Source: Candidatus Eiseniibacteriota bacterium (GTDB lineage: Bacteria > Eisenbacteria > RBG-16-71-46 > CAIMUX01 > VGJL01). Taken from it: a stretch of DNA of 64,000 nt. Position 1 is the first letter of the stretch. Every line of letters begins with the position of its first letter. The stretch is taken from assembly GCA_041946735.1 (NCBI GenBank), contig JBHGAY010000004.1, forward strand, positions 64,001 through 128,000, read 5' to 3'. Shown here piece by piece: positions 19,595 through 28,700 of the stretch. Made by a program: the position numbers and the translations under genes. The notes under the pieces are model-generated. The model did no database searches. It was not told the DNA's origin and was given only the letters and a program-made list of their open reading frames with translations.

Positions 19595-20710
19595 TCAGCG
19601 AACGAGGCGGTAGAGCCCGACTTCCTCCGCGATCCGGAGCGCCTCGCAGTGTTCGTCGCGTGTGAGCCGCCGGTCGATCTCCGAGTATCGGCCGCGCCCG
19701 ACGAGCGCGGCGGGGCGGTAGCCGTTCATCACGTGCGTCATCGTCGCGGGCGAGATCTCCTTCGCGACGAAGGAGAGCACGGCGCGCGTCTCGTCGAGGA
19801 GGTTCGGCATGACGAGATGGCGGACCAGCAGCCCCCGAATCGCCAGACCGTCCTCGCCGAGCACGAGATCGCCCACCTGGCGATGCATCTCGCGCAGCGC
19901 CTCGCGGGCGACGCGCGGATAGTCCGCGCGGCCGAGATAGCGCGCGCTCCGCTCCTCGCTCCAGAGCTTGAAGTCCGGGAGGTAGACGTCGATGCGGCCC
20001 TCGAGGCGGCGCAGCGCCTCGACCGAATCGTAACCACCCGAGTTGTAGACCACCGGGACCGTGAGGCCCAGGTCGCGCGCCCGGTCGAGGCTCTCGAGGA
20101 TCTGCGGAAGGACGTGCGACGGGCTCACGAGATGGACGTTGTGAGCTCCGTTGCGCTGCATCCGCAGCATCAACTCGGCCAGATCGCCGGCCGTCCGCTC
20201 CGCGCCGTTTCCCCAGTGGCTGATCTCGTCCTCCTTGCAGAAGACGCACCGAAGGTTGCAGCCGGAAAAGTACAGGAGCCCACTCCCCTTCCAGCCGCTG
20301 AGGCACTTCTCTTGCGCCAGGTCGGGGCCATACGAAGCGATCCTCGCCGTCCTCCCTACGCCACAGAATCCGTGCCGCGTCTCGGTCGTCCGGTCGATGC
20401 CGCAGGAGACCGGGCAGACCTGACAGGACGGACCGGCGTCCGCGGCGGCGAGCGACGCGGAAGCGAGCGACGCGGAAGCCGGAGAAGGCCCGGCGGCGAA
20501 GGCAACCGGCCCGCCATCCGCCGGTCTTGCAGCGCGCCGGCGCCCGGCCGCTGGCGCGGAGGGCCTTACAGCCGGGGCAGACGGCCTGATGACGGGCGGC
20601 GTATCGGTCGCGGGCAATGCGGACGCCATGGGCGGCAGAGAGGCGGCCATGCGCGCGGCGGTCGAAGTGGAAGGGAGAAGGGGCGGCGCGATCCGACTGT
20701 GAGGATTCAT
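19595..20710 (-). CDS. Radical SAM protein, PflX-like
   Basis: CQVCPVSCG auxiliary motif, FSGCNLRCVFC, VYNSGGYDS, IDVYLPDFK, RGLLVRHLVMP. Start uncertain. Confidence 0.9.
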   Translation of the reverse strand: MNPHSRIAPPLLPSTSTAARMAASLPPMASALPATDTPPVIRPSAPAVRPSAPAAGRRRAARPADGGPVAFAAGPSPASASLASASLAAADAGPSCQVCPVSCGIDRTTETRHGFCGVGRTARIASYGPDLAQEKCLSGWKGSGLLYFSGCNLRCVFCKEDEISHWGNGAERTAGDLAELMLRMQRNGAHNVHLVSPSHVLPQILESLDRARDLGLTVPVVYNSGGYDSVEALRRLEGRIDVYLPDFKLWSEERSARYLGRADYPRVAREALREMHRQVGDLVLGEDGLAIRGLLVRHLVMPNLLDETRAVLSFVAKEISPATMTHVMNGYRPAALVGRGRYSEIDRRLTRDEHCEALRIAEEVGLYRLVR

Positions 20711-21143
20711 CTGTTCGAAGCCTGCTTCCTCGGCCGTTTCGATCGTTATTCGTTGCGTCGCGCTCGTTCACCGGCTTCGGTGGCGTCTCACAGCGGCGAA
20801 GATCCTCATGATCGCCATCGGCCGTGATTCGAATCTTACAAGCGGATCATGAAACCGCGTACACAATTCAACTCGATATTTGCTAGCCATAACGAGTTGC
20901 GGCGTTCGATCGTTCGTGACGAATCGTTCATGGAGGTGCCGCGGGGCTGTGGCCGGCGAAGGCGGGCGTCCAGGCAGATGTGTGCGGATCCACGGATGAC
21001 TGGGGCGCACATGGCTTCCGCCGGGACCGGAAGAAGCTGCCGGCCGACACGCCCCCGCCGGCCTCGAAGCACCACGCGGCAACGAGTTGCGAGCGCGGAG
21101 CCCCGCCCCCGGCAAGGCATGCATCGTGCTACCCCCACGTCAG

Positions 21144-22811
21144 ATGCCCATCTCGATGCAAGACCCCGGCGACATGTCGCGCGGTGCCTGCGGGCCGTCG
21201 CCTTCCGGACGGCTGCACGCGGTTAGCGCGGTACTGGCCGTCTCGTTGCCGCTTTCGCTGCTACTTCTGCTGCTGCTCCTCCTCTTCTCCTTCTCCACGA
21301 GCTGCGCGGCGGCAGACGCGGCGGCCACCGGACTTCCGCCGCAGGCGGGCGGGATGCGCGCGGATGCCGCGTCGCCCGGCGAGCGACCACCGCTCTCGTC
21401 CGCGGCGCCCGAGCCCGCACAGGCGACACTCCTCGGCAGCCAGGAGGGCGGAGAGGGCGGCCTGGACCTCACGGCTTTTCAGTCCCACCCGCGAGTGGCC
21501 GCTTATCTGAAGTGGTTCCAGGGACCGGGGCGCGCGAGCATGGATGCCTGGCTCTCGCGCGGTTCGGGGTACGTGCCGTGGATCGTGAGGGAGCTGCGAG
21601 ATGCCGGCCTGCCGCCGGAGCTGAGCACCATCCCGATGATCGAGAGCGGGTTTTCGAATACCGCGGTGAGCAGGGCCGGAGCTGTCGGCCTCTGGCAGTT
21701 GATGCCCGGCACCGCCCGCTCCTATGGACTGCAGGTCGACCGGTTCGTGGACGAGCGACGCGACCCGGTGCTGGCCACGCGGGCGGCAGTGCGTCATCTT
21801 CGCGACCTGGCCGAGCGCTTCGAGTCCCCGTACCTGGCCGCTGCCGCATACAACGCAGGGGCCGGTCGCGTCCTCGACGGCTTGAAGCGGCTGCCGCTCG
21901 CCGACAGGGCGTCCGAGCCGCTGCCTTCTCAGCGGCTGCCTTCCGAGCGGGAGCCGTCCGAGTGGGAAGATCTCTCTCTTCCCGGCTCCGCCGCCGCGAC
22001 CCCGTTCTTTCGTCTAGCCGACAAAGCGCTCCTCGCTCGCGAGACTCGCAACTACGTCCCGCAGTGGATCGCGGCCTCCCTGATCGCCCGCGACCCGCGC
22101 CGATTCGGCTTTGACGTCGCCGCCGCGCGCGCGGCGCCCGCATCCGATTCGCTCGTCTTCGAAAGAGCGGTGCGACTGGACGAGATCGCCGAACAGCTCG
22201 GCCTCTCGCCCACAGCCCTGCGCCTCGCCAATCCTCAGTTCCTCCGCGGCATGACGGCGCCCGGCCGGCGCTCGGTCGTGCGGATTCCCGGCGCGGTTTC
22301 GAGCGATCTGGCGGAGCGCCTCCGCACGATCCCCGACGCGAGGATTCCGTCCATGGCTCCCCGCCTCTTTGGAGGAACGAGCCGGCTGCGTGGAGTTGCG
22401 CGCTCGGCATCGAGCGCTCGCACGCCCTTCGATGAGGAGCAAGTCCGGTCGAGGCTCGAAGCGACCGCGCGCCGCCTCTCCAGCTGGGGCGACGTCACCT
22501 CATCCGCCGGCTTCTCCGCGGCCTACTCCGCCGCCTCGTCCGGCGCTTCGTCCGGCGCTTCGTCCATCTCGTACGCCTCGTCCCGCGCGCCGTCCGTCTC
22601 CTCCGCCTCGTCCCGCGCCTCGTACGCCTCGTCCCGCGCCGCCACCGAGACGACCGGCTCGCACGCTCCCCACCGGATTCGTGCACGTCGAGGAGAGACG
22701 CTCTCCGCAGTGGCGACGAGATACGGAGTCTCCGAAGAGGATCTGCGGCGGGCCAACGCCCTGCCCCCCGCCTTCCGGCTTCGCCCCGGACAGCTCCTCC
22801 TCATCCCCTGA
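21144..22811 (+). CDS. MltD-like lytic murein transglycosylase with C-terminal LysM
   Basis: IESGF..AVSRAGAVGLWQLMPGTA, AAAYNAG, ETRNYV. C-terminal RGETLSAVATRYGVS...N...LRPGQLLLIP. Start uncertain. Confidence 0.88.
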   Translation: MPISMQDPGDMSRGACGPSPSGRLHAVSAVLAVSLPLSLLLLLLLLLFSFSTSCAAADAAATGLPPQAGGMRADAASPGERPPLSSAAPEPAQATLLGSQEGGEGGLDLTAFQSHPRVAAYLKWFQGPGRASMDAWLSRGSGYVPWIVRELRDAGLPPELSTIPMIESGFSNTAVSRAGAVGLWQLMPGTARSYGLQVDRFVDERRDPVLATRAAVRHLRDLAERFESPYLAAAAYNAGAGRVLDGLKRLPLADRASEPLPSQRLPSEREPSEWEDLSLPGSAAATPFFRLADKALLARETRNYVPQWIAASLIARDPRRFGFDVAAARAAPASDSLVFERAVRLDEIAEQLGLSPTALRLANPQFLRGMTAPGRRSVVRIPGAVSSDLAERLRTIPDARIPSMAPRLFGGTSRLRGVARSASSARTPFDEEQVRSRLEATARRLSSWGDVTSSAGFSAAYSAASSGASSGASSISYASSRAPSVSSASSRASYASSRAATETTGSHAPHRIRARRGETLSAVATRYGVSEEDLRRANALPPAFRLRPGQLLLIP

Positions 22812-22954
22812 CCGTCGCGGGGCGACCGCAAGCCTCGGGCCGCAAAGTCCCTCCAAGATCGAGAGGTAGGCGACCGGCGGGTTGCGGAGGCTGCCTTCAG
22901 CCTGTTAGCGTCCCTGCCGGACAGGGTGGAAGCAGGCGGAAACCAGGGGGACGA

Positions 22955-23962
22955 TTGAACCAGTTTCAGAAGTTCGAACAGGTCACGACACGCCATCGAA
23001 GCTCCGTCTTCTGGACGCTGACCCTCTTCGGCCTTTTCGTCCTCTGGTCGAACTCCTTCCATGCGATCGCCTGGCTGCGCCGCTCGCTCGGCGCCTACGA
23101 GCTCTTGCTCGCCCGGTTTGCGCCGGTCGGGGCGTTCGCGCTCGCATGGGGGGTGTCCTCGGGCCTCCGCGAAAACCTGCGGCTGCTGGCCCGCTACCCG
23201 ATCCGGCTCCTCGTCCTCGGCCTCCTGCAGGTGCCGGTCTACAACCTGCTCCTGAACTGGGGGCAGGGGCAGGTACCGGCGGGAACCGCTTCGCTTCTGA
23301 TCGCGATGAACCCGCTCTTCACCTATCTGCTGGCGCTTGTGATCGGCCAGGAATCGCACCGGATCCGAAAAACGATCGGGCTTCTGGTCTCGTTCACCGG
23401 CGTCTACGTCCTGCTCGTAGCGCAGGGGAGGTCCTTCGGGGCAGGATATGGGCTCCACGCGTTGTCGGTCCTCGGCGCCCCGCTCTCCTGGGCTACGGCC
23501 ACGGTCGTCTGCAAGCCGCTCGTGAGCCGGCATTCGCCGATGCGCATCACCTTCCTCTCCCTCGCGATCGGCAGCATCCCGTTTCTCTTCATCGCTCCGT
23601 TCGACCACTCGTTCCGCGAGGCCCTCGGGCGGTTCGGCCTCGCCGACTGGGTGGCGATCACGCACCTCGGGCTGATGTGCACAGTGGTGGGCTTCGCCGT
23701 CTGGTACGTCGCGCTGAGCCACCTCCCCGCCAGCAGCGTCGCCGCGTTCGTCCTGCTGAACCCTCCGCTGACGATCGCCTTCGGCCCCATCTGGGGGACC
23801 GACCAGCCTTCTCTCTCTCTGCTCGGCTTCGGCGCCTGGATCCTGGCCGGCGTGATCCTCAGCAGCTATCGCTTCGGAGATCGGGTCGTTCGGATCGGGG
23901 CCAGAGCGGCGACCGAGGTGCTCGAGTCGGCCCGATCGACGATCCATCGATCCGGATCCTGA
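22955..23962 (+). CDS. DMT/EamA family transporter
   Basis: About 10 TM segments in two EamA repeats (AGTASLLIAMNPLF; ASSVAAFVLLNP). TTG start after GGGGGA. Confidence 0.88.
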   Translation: MNQFQKFEQVTTRHRSSVFWTLTLFGLFVLWSNSFHAIAWLRRSLGAYELLLARFAPVGAFALAWGVSSGLRENLRLLARYPIRLLVLGLLQVPVYNLLLNWGQGQVPAGTASLLIAMNPLFTYLLALVIGQESHRIRKTIGLLVSFTGVYVLLVAQGRSFGAGYGLHALSVLGAPLSWATATVVCKPLVSRHSPMRITFLSLAIGSIPFLFIAPFDHSFREALGRFGLADWVAITHLGLMCTVVGFAVWYVALSHLPASSVAAFVLLNPPLTIAFGPIWGTDQPSLSLLGFGAWILAGVILSSYRFGDRVVRIGARAATEVLESARSTIHRSGS

Positions 23963-23984
23963 CGAGGGATCGGGCCGCCCCGCC

Positions 23985-25547
23985 GTGACGAAATCGACCG
24001 TCCGGGAGGTCTCTCGAGGCAGCCTGTACCTGGGGCTCGAGCAGCTCACCTCCGTCTTCGGCGGGGTCCTCTACTCGATCATGGTGCTCCGCATGCTCGG
24101 TCCTTCCACCTACGGCGTGCTCAACCTCGGGCAAGCAGCAATCGGACTCGCGGGCGCGCTCACCACGAACATCGAGACCTACCTGGAGCGCTTCGTGGCG
24201 GAACTGCACGCGAGGGGCAAGGGGGGATCGCTCCGGCGTCTGGTCGCGAAGGTCCTCGGCCTGAAAACGGTCCTCGCGCTGATCGCCGGGATCCTCGTCG
24301 CGCTCCTCGCCGACGCGATCGCCGGCCTCTATGGATACCGCGATCTCCGCCGGCTCCTCCCCGTGCTCGCCCCGCTGATCTTCCTCGAAGCGGCGAGCTA
24401 CGGCCTGCGCCAGACGCTCTTTGGGCTCCAGCGATTCCGCTCGATCTGGCTCGTCGCCCTCGGGAACAACCTCCTCAAGCTGGTCCTCGTCTTCGCCCTC
24501 TGGAGCATGAAGGAGGGGGTCGTCGCTCTCGTCGCCGCGATCGTGGTGGTCCAGATCATGACAGTGCTCGTGCAGATCCTCCTCGTCCTGCGCTTCCTGC
24601 CTCCCACCAGCGGGCCGGCCGACGAGGTGCCGACCTACCGCCGCATCTGGGCCTACGTCCTGCCGCTCTATGGAGGACGGATCTTCTTCCTGTCCGGCCA
24701 GCATCTGAACCGGCTGATCCTGGGAGCGCTGCTCTCCGCGCATCAGCTCGGCCTCGTTTCCTTCGCCCTGCTCACCATCGAACGGTTCATCGCGCTCGCG
24801 GGCGCAGTGCCGAATGCCCTGCTGCCCGCCCTTTCGCGGTTGAAGGGGGAGGGGAAGGACGAGGCGATCGAGCAGGTGGTCACCGAAGGGTATCGTGTGG
24901 TCGCTGCCGTCTCCGTCGTGCTGACGATCGGGATCTTCGCCCTCGCCCGCGAGGTGACCCTGATCACCGGGGGCCCGGAGTTTTTGCCCGCGCTGATTCC
25001 GCTGCAGGTGCTCGCGCTCGTCCCTCTGTTCCGGACGATGCAGCAGCCGCTGAACATGGGCTTCTACACCTACGAGAGGACGCACGTCGTCTTCTGGCTC
25101 GCCCTGCTGAAGTTCGTGGTCGAGCCGGCCCTCTATCCGCTCCTGATTCCGAAGTTCGGCATCGCCGGCGTCGCGGCGGCGAGCCTCCTTTCGTCCGTCG
25201 CCGTCTTTGGGCCGTCGCTCCGGATCGCGGGGCGCATGTTCCCCCGTACCGCCGCCGTCCGCTCGCGCGTCACGTGGAGAGCCTGGGGCGTCGCCGCTCC
25301 CGTCCTGCTCCTCGGGGCCACCATGCACCGGCTGGCCGAGCCCTGGCCCGGACTGGCGGCGCGCGCCGTCCTCGTCCTCTTGGGGATCGCCCTCACGCTC
25401 CGATTCGGCGGGATGGTCGCGGGCGACGACCTGCGGCGGCTCGCGGAGACGACGATGCGGCCCGGGATCCGGCGCGGCCTCGACGCTTCGGCCGCCTGGC
25501 TCGATCGGGCCCAGGGCCGTCGCGCCCCCGCTTCGCGTTCCGCCTGA
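23985..25547 (+). CDS. Wzx/MOP-family flippase-like polysaccharide/lipid exporter
   Basis: About 12-14 TM segments, RMLGPSTYGVL, ALLPALSRL, LIPKFGIAGVAAA. Confidence 0.8.
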   Translation: MTKSTVREVSRGSLYLGLEQLTSVFGGVLYSIMVLRMLGPSTYGVLNLGQAAIGLAGALTTNIETYLERFVAELHARGKGGSLRRLVAKVLGLKTVLALIAGILVALLADAIAGLYGYRDLRRLLPVLAPLIFLEAASYGLRQTLFGLQRFRSIWLVALGNNLLKLVLVFALWSMKEGVVALVAAIVVVQIMTVLVQILLVLRFLPPTSGPADEVPTYRRIWAYVLPLYGGRIFFLSGQHLNRLILGALLSAHQLGLVSFALLTIERFIALAGAVPNALLPALSRLKGEGKDEAIEQVVTEGYRVVAAVSVVLTIGIFALAREVTLITGGPEFLPALIPLQVLALVPLFRTMQQPLNMGFYTYERTHVVFWLALLKFVVEPALYPLLIPKFGIAGVAAASLLSSVAVFGPSLRIAGRMFPRTAAVRSRVTWRAWGVAAPVLLLGATMHRLAEPWPGLAARAVLVLLGIALTLRFGGMVAGDDLRRLAETTMRPGIRRGLDASAAWLDRAQGRRAPASRSA

Positions 25548-25643
25548 TTGCGATCGCGCATGCGTGCGGGGCTCGAGGCCAGGGCCAGCGCCGCCCTGGG
25601 CACGCCTGCGTGCGAGCGTCGAGATGACGCCGCACTAGCTAGA

Positions 25644-25675
25644 GGAAGCGGCCGGCGTTTCCGCCGACCGCTTCC
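25644..25675 (-). terminator. Hairpin after the C25 gene (GAAA tetraloop on minus strand)
   Basis: Minus strand GGAAGCGGTCGGCG-GAAA-CGCCGGCCGCTTCC lies between convergent genes. The U-tract is weak. Confidence 0.55.
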
Positions 25676-25714
25676 ATCATGGGGATAGGACCGCGCGCGA
25701 TCGATCCGCTCCCG

Positions 25715-28700
25715 TCACTGCAATAGCATCATCTTACGCGTCGCGCCGCGCTCCGTGGAGTCCAGACGATAGAGATAGATTCCGGAAGGCAGCGGATGGC
25801 CCGAGTCGTCGCGTCCGTCCCAAACAGCCGAGTGGCTGCCGGCCGCGAGAGGCCCTTCGACGAGGTGGCGGCGGGCGCGTCCCTGCACGTCGAAGATCAC
25901 CAGGCTCGCGGGGCCGGCGCTCGGGAGCGAGAATCGGATCGTCGTCCGTGGATTGAACGGATTCGGCCGATTCTGCTCGAGGGCGAATCGCAGCTCCTGC
26001 TCCTCCCCGGCGCTCGCAAGTTGGATCCCCGTGAAGAGGACCTCCACGTCGTCGATCGCCGCCTCCACCACGGACGGTTCTCCGGTGTCCGAAGCCACGA
26101 AGCGGATGCGAACGGCGTCCGTGTAGTCGATGTAGCGGCTCAGATCGAACTCGAACAGCCGCCAGGAGCGATCGCTTTGCGTCGTCCGCTCGAGATCGAC
26201 CCATGTCTGTCCGTCGTCGTCCGAGGCTTGGACGACCCAGGGGTCGTCCGAGGGACCGGTGCCGGTGTCGTTGCTGAACCACCGCCAGTAGCGAAGGATC
26301 ACGATGCCGTCGACGTCGAGGAAGATCCTGGGGGAGGTGAGCGTGGTCCGGCCGTTGTCGACGTCGGCCGAGGTTTCCGGAAGGCCGGGGAGCGCGTTCC
26401 CCGTCACCCAGGCGGTCACTCCAGGGTCGGCGCTGTGATCGTCTTCCGGCTGCACGAGACCGCCTTCATGGTACGTCCCGTTCGGATCGACCCGCACCCA
26501 ACGACCGCCCGTCGCGTCGTCTTCGGGCGACACGTTCGACCATCCCGGGTTCTCCACCTCCATGTCGTCCGCAAGGACTTGCAGGGTCGGAGCAACGTAG
26601 AAGACATAGAGCGATTCGGGAGCGCCGGTCGGATCCGTCCCTACGTTCTCGCCAACGTCGGCCGCCTCGACGTAGTACTCGACCTTCGTCGGCCAGCTCT
26701 GGCCGGGGATCTCCCCCCTGTAGAAGACGCCCGCGAGATGCGTCAGCGGGACCGCGACGAAGTCCCCACCGTTGGTCCGGTAGTACAACGTCGCCGACGC
26801 GAGCGGAGAAGGATCGGAGATCTGAACGTCCACCCTGTACGGTCCGATCGAATCGTTCGTCGTCGGCACTTGCGCGGCATGGATGCTCGGAGGGGCGATG
26901 TCGCGAAGCGAGAAATCGACCTGCACGGCCCCTCCCGCCAGGACGACCACCGCCGAGACCGTGTCGGGCGCGAAGCCATCGTGCGCGGCGGTCAGGGTGT
27001 AGACCCCCGTCGTCTCGGCGGCCAGGTACCCCCCATTCCCGCCGCTCACGTATTCGTGGCCGTTCTCGAGGACGGTGACCGTCGCCCCCGGCAGCCCGGC
27101 GCCCCCCGCGGTCTCGTTCGTCACCGTGCCGTAGATCGTCCCGGTCACCACCTCGCGCGTCGGAACGAAGCGAACCGCCCGGTTCGCCGCGAGCGTCGCC
27201 GCGCCGGCCGGATACTGGCCGAAGAACGTGTAGAGCAGGCCGTCGCTGTGATCGGCGTTCTCGATCCCGACGGTGCAGTATCCGTCGACCGGATCGGGGT
27301 TCGAAACCGTGTTGTACTGAAAGACGATCACTCCGTCGCCGGTCTCCGTCGTGACGTAGGCGGGATCGTAGAAGATCGCCTCGACCACCTCCGGCTGATT
27401 GTTGTAGGCGTTGCGCAGGCGGCTCCATTCGACGATCCATCGGTGCTCCGCCGCATCGTAGCGCTGGAGCACCTTCGAGCCGCCCCCCTGGTACAGATCG
27501 TCCCAGAAGAGCGCGATCAAATTCTCCGGCCCGCCCGCCGCCGGGATCGTCCAGTTCCGGTACTCGGCCAGGTACGTGGAGCCCATCGCGATCCACCCGT
27601 TCGAGCAGATCGTCGCCCGCGTGAAGCCCTTGCCGTAGAACTGGAACGGGAACGGGATGTCTACGGTGATCGACTTGTCCTGCCCGTCGCCGTAGTCGTT
27701 CAGCGGCACCTCGACGCCGCCGCTTCCTCCGTAGGCCGGATCCAGCTCGATCCAGTTGTAGACCGGCGCCTCGGGGTAGGAGACGTCCGTGTTGTCGAAT
27801 GCGTAGTAGCCATACCGGTCCGGACCGATCGGGTCGGTCGAGGCGCGCGTCCCAACGGGAATCGTGACGTACGTGGTGTCGCGCAGTCCGCCGGAACACT
27901 CCGTCACGATCTTGAAGTGCGCCTGGTAGCCGGGATAGGTCGCCGCATCCGCCTGGATCGTGAAAGTGTCGCTGGTGTTCTCCCCCTGCGCGCCTCCAGG
28001 AATGGTCGGATACGTGCCGGTCGCGTCCTGGATCGTGGCGAACTCGCTCATCGACAGGAGAGTCGCCACCGGACTCACCGCTGCCACGTTCCCTTCATTC
28101 GTGAGCTTGACGGAGACGCGCACCGTCTCGCCTGGATCAAGCTTTCCATTGGCGCCCGCGTCGAAGAGCGTGTAGCCGCCGTCGCAGACGAGGTCGGGAG
28201 CGGAGACCGGGACGTCGATGAGCGAGTGCCAGACATCCGTGCCCGAGGAGATGTCGAGGCCGAGCCGGACCACGTGAGCGTTCGGGCAGGCGGCGGAGAC
28301 GGTGAGCCCGAAATCGTCCGCCGACCAGGCGCTTCCCCCGCCCGGAATGTCTCCGAAAGTTTCGGCGTCGTCGTCGATCGATACATACGGATCGGCGCAT
28401 GTCAGCGTCGCGTTCACGCCGGAGGCCGAGAGAATGCCGTAGTTGCGTAGCTGAACGCGAAGCTCGATCGACTCCCCTGGATTCAGGATGCCGTCGCCAT
28501 CCCCTTGGCTCTCCCCGACCGCGTCGTCATCGATCTGCGACGCCACATACGCGACGTACCTCTGCTGCCCCTGCACCGGAACGGTCGCGAGGTAGGGGTA
28601 CTGATCGTGCTTGGTGACGGTGAGGAGCATGTTTCCCGCCGAAGCGGCGTGGATCGGCAGTTCCGCCCGTCCCTCGGCGTCCGTGAGGCCGACCGCAAAG

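Noticed and set aside
21015..21045. SRP (4.5S) RNA or c-di-AMP riboswitch
   Set aside because: 'GGGACCGGAAGAAGCTGC' only loosely resembles the SRP helix-8 motif and lacks the closing pairs. The ydaO consensus blocks are absent.
22820..22890. c-di-GMP-I riboswitch
   Set aside because: It has a 'CGCAAAG' fragment but lacks the GNRA-capped first stem and receptor arrangement.
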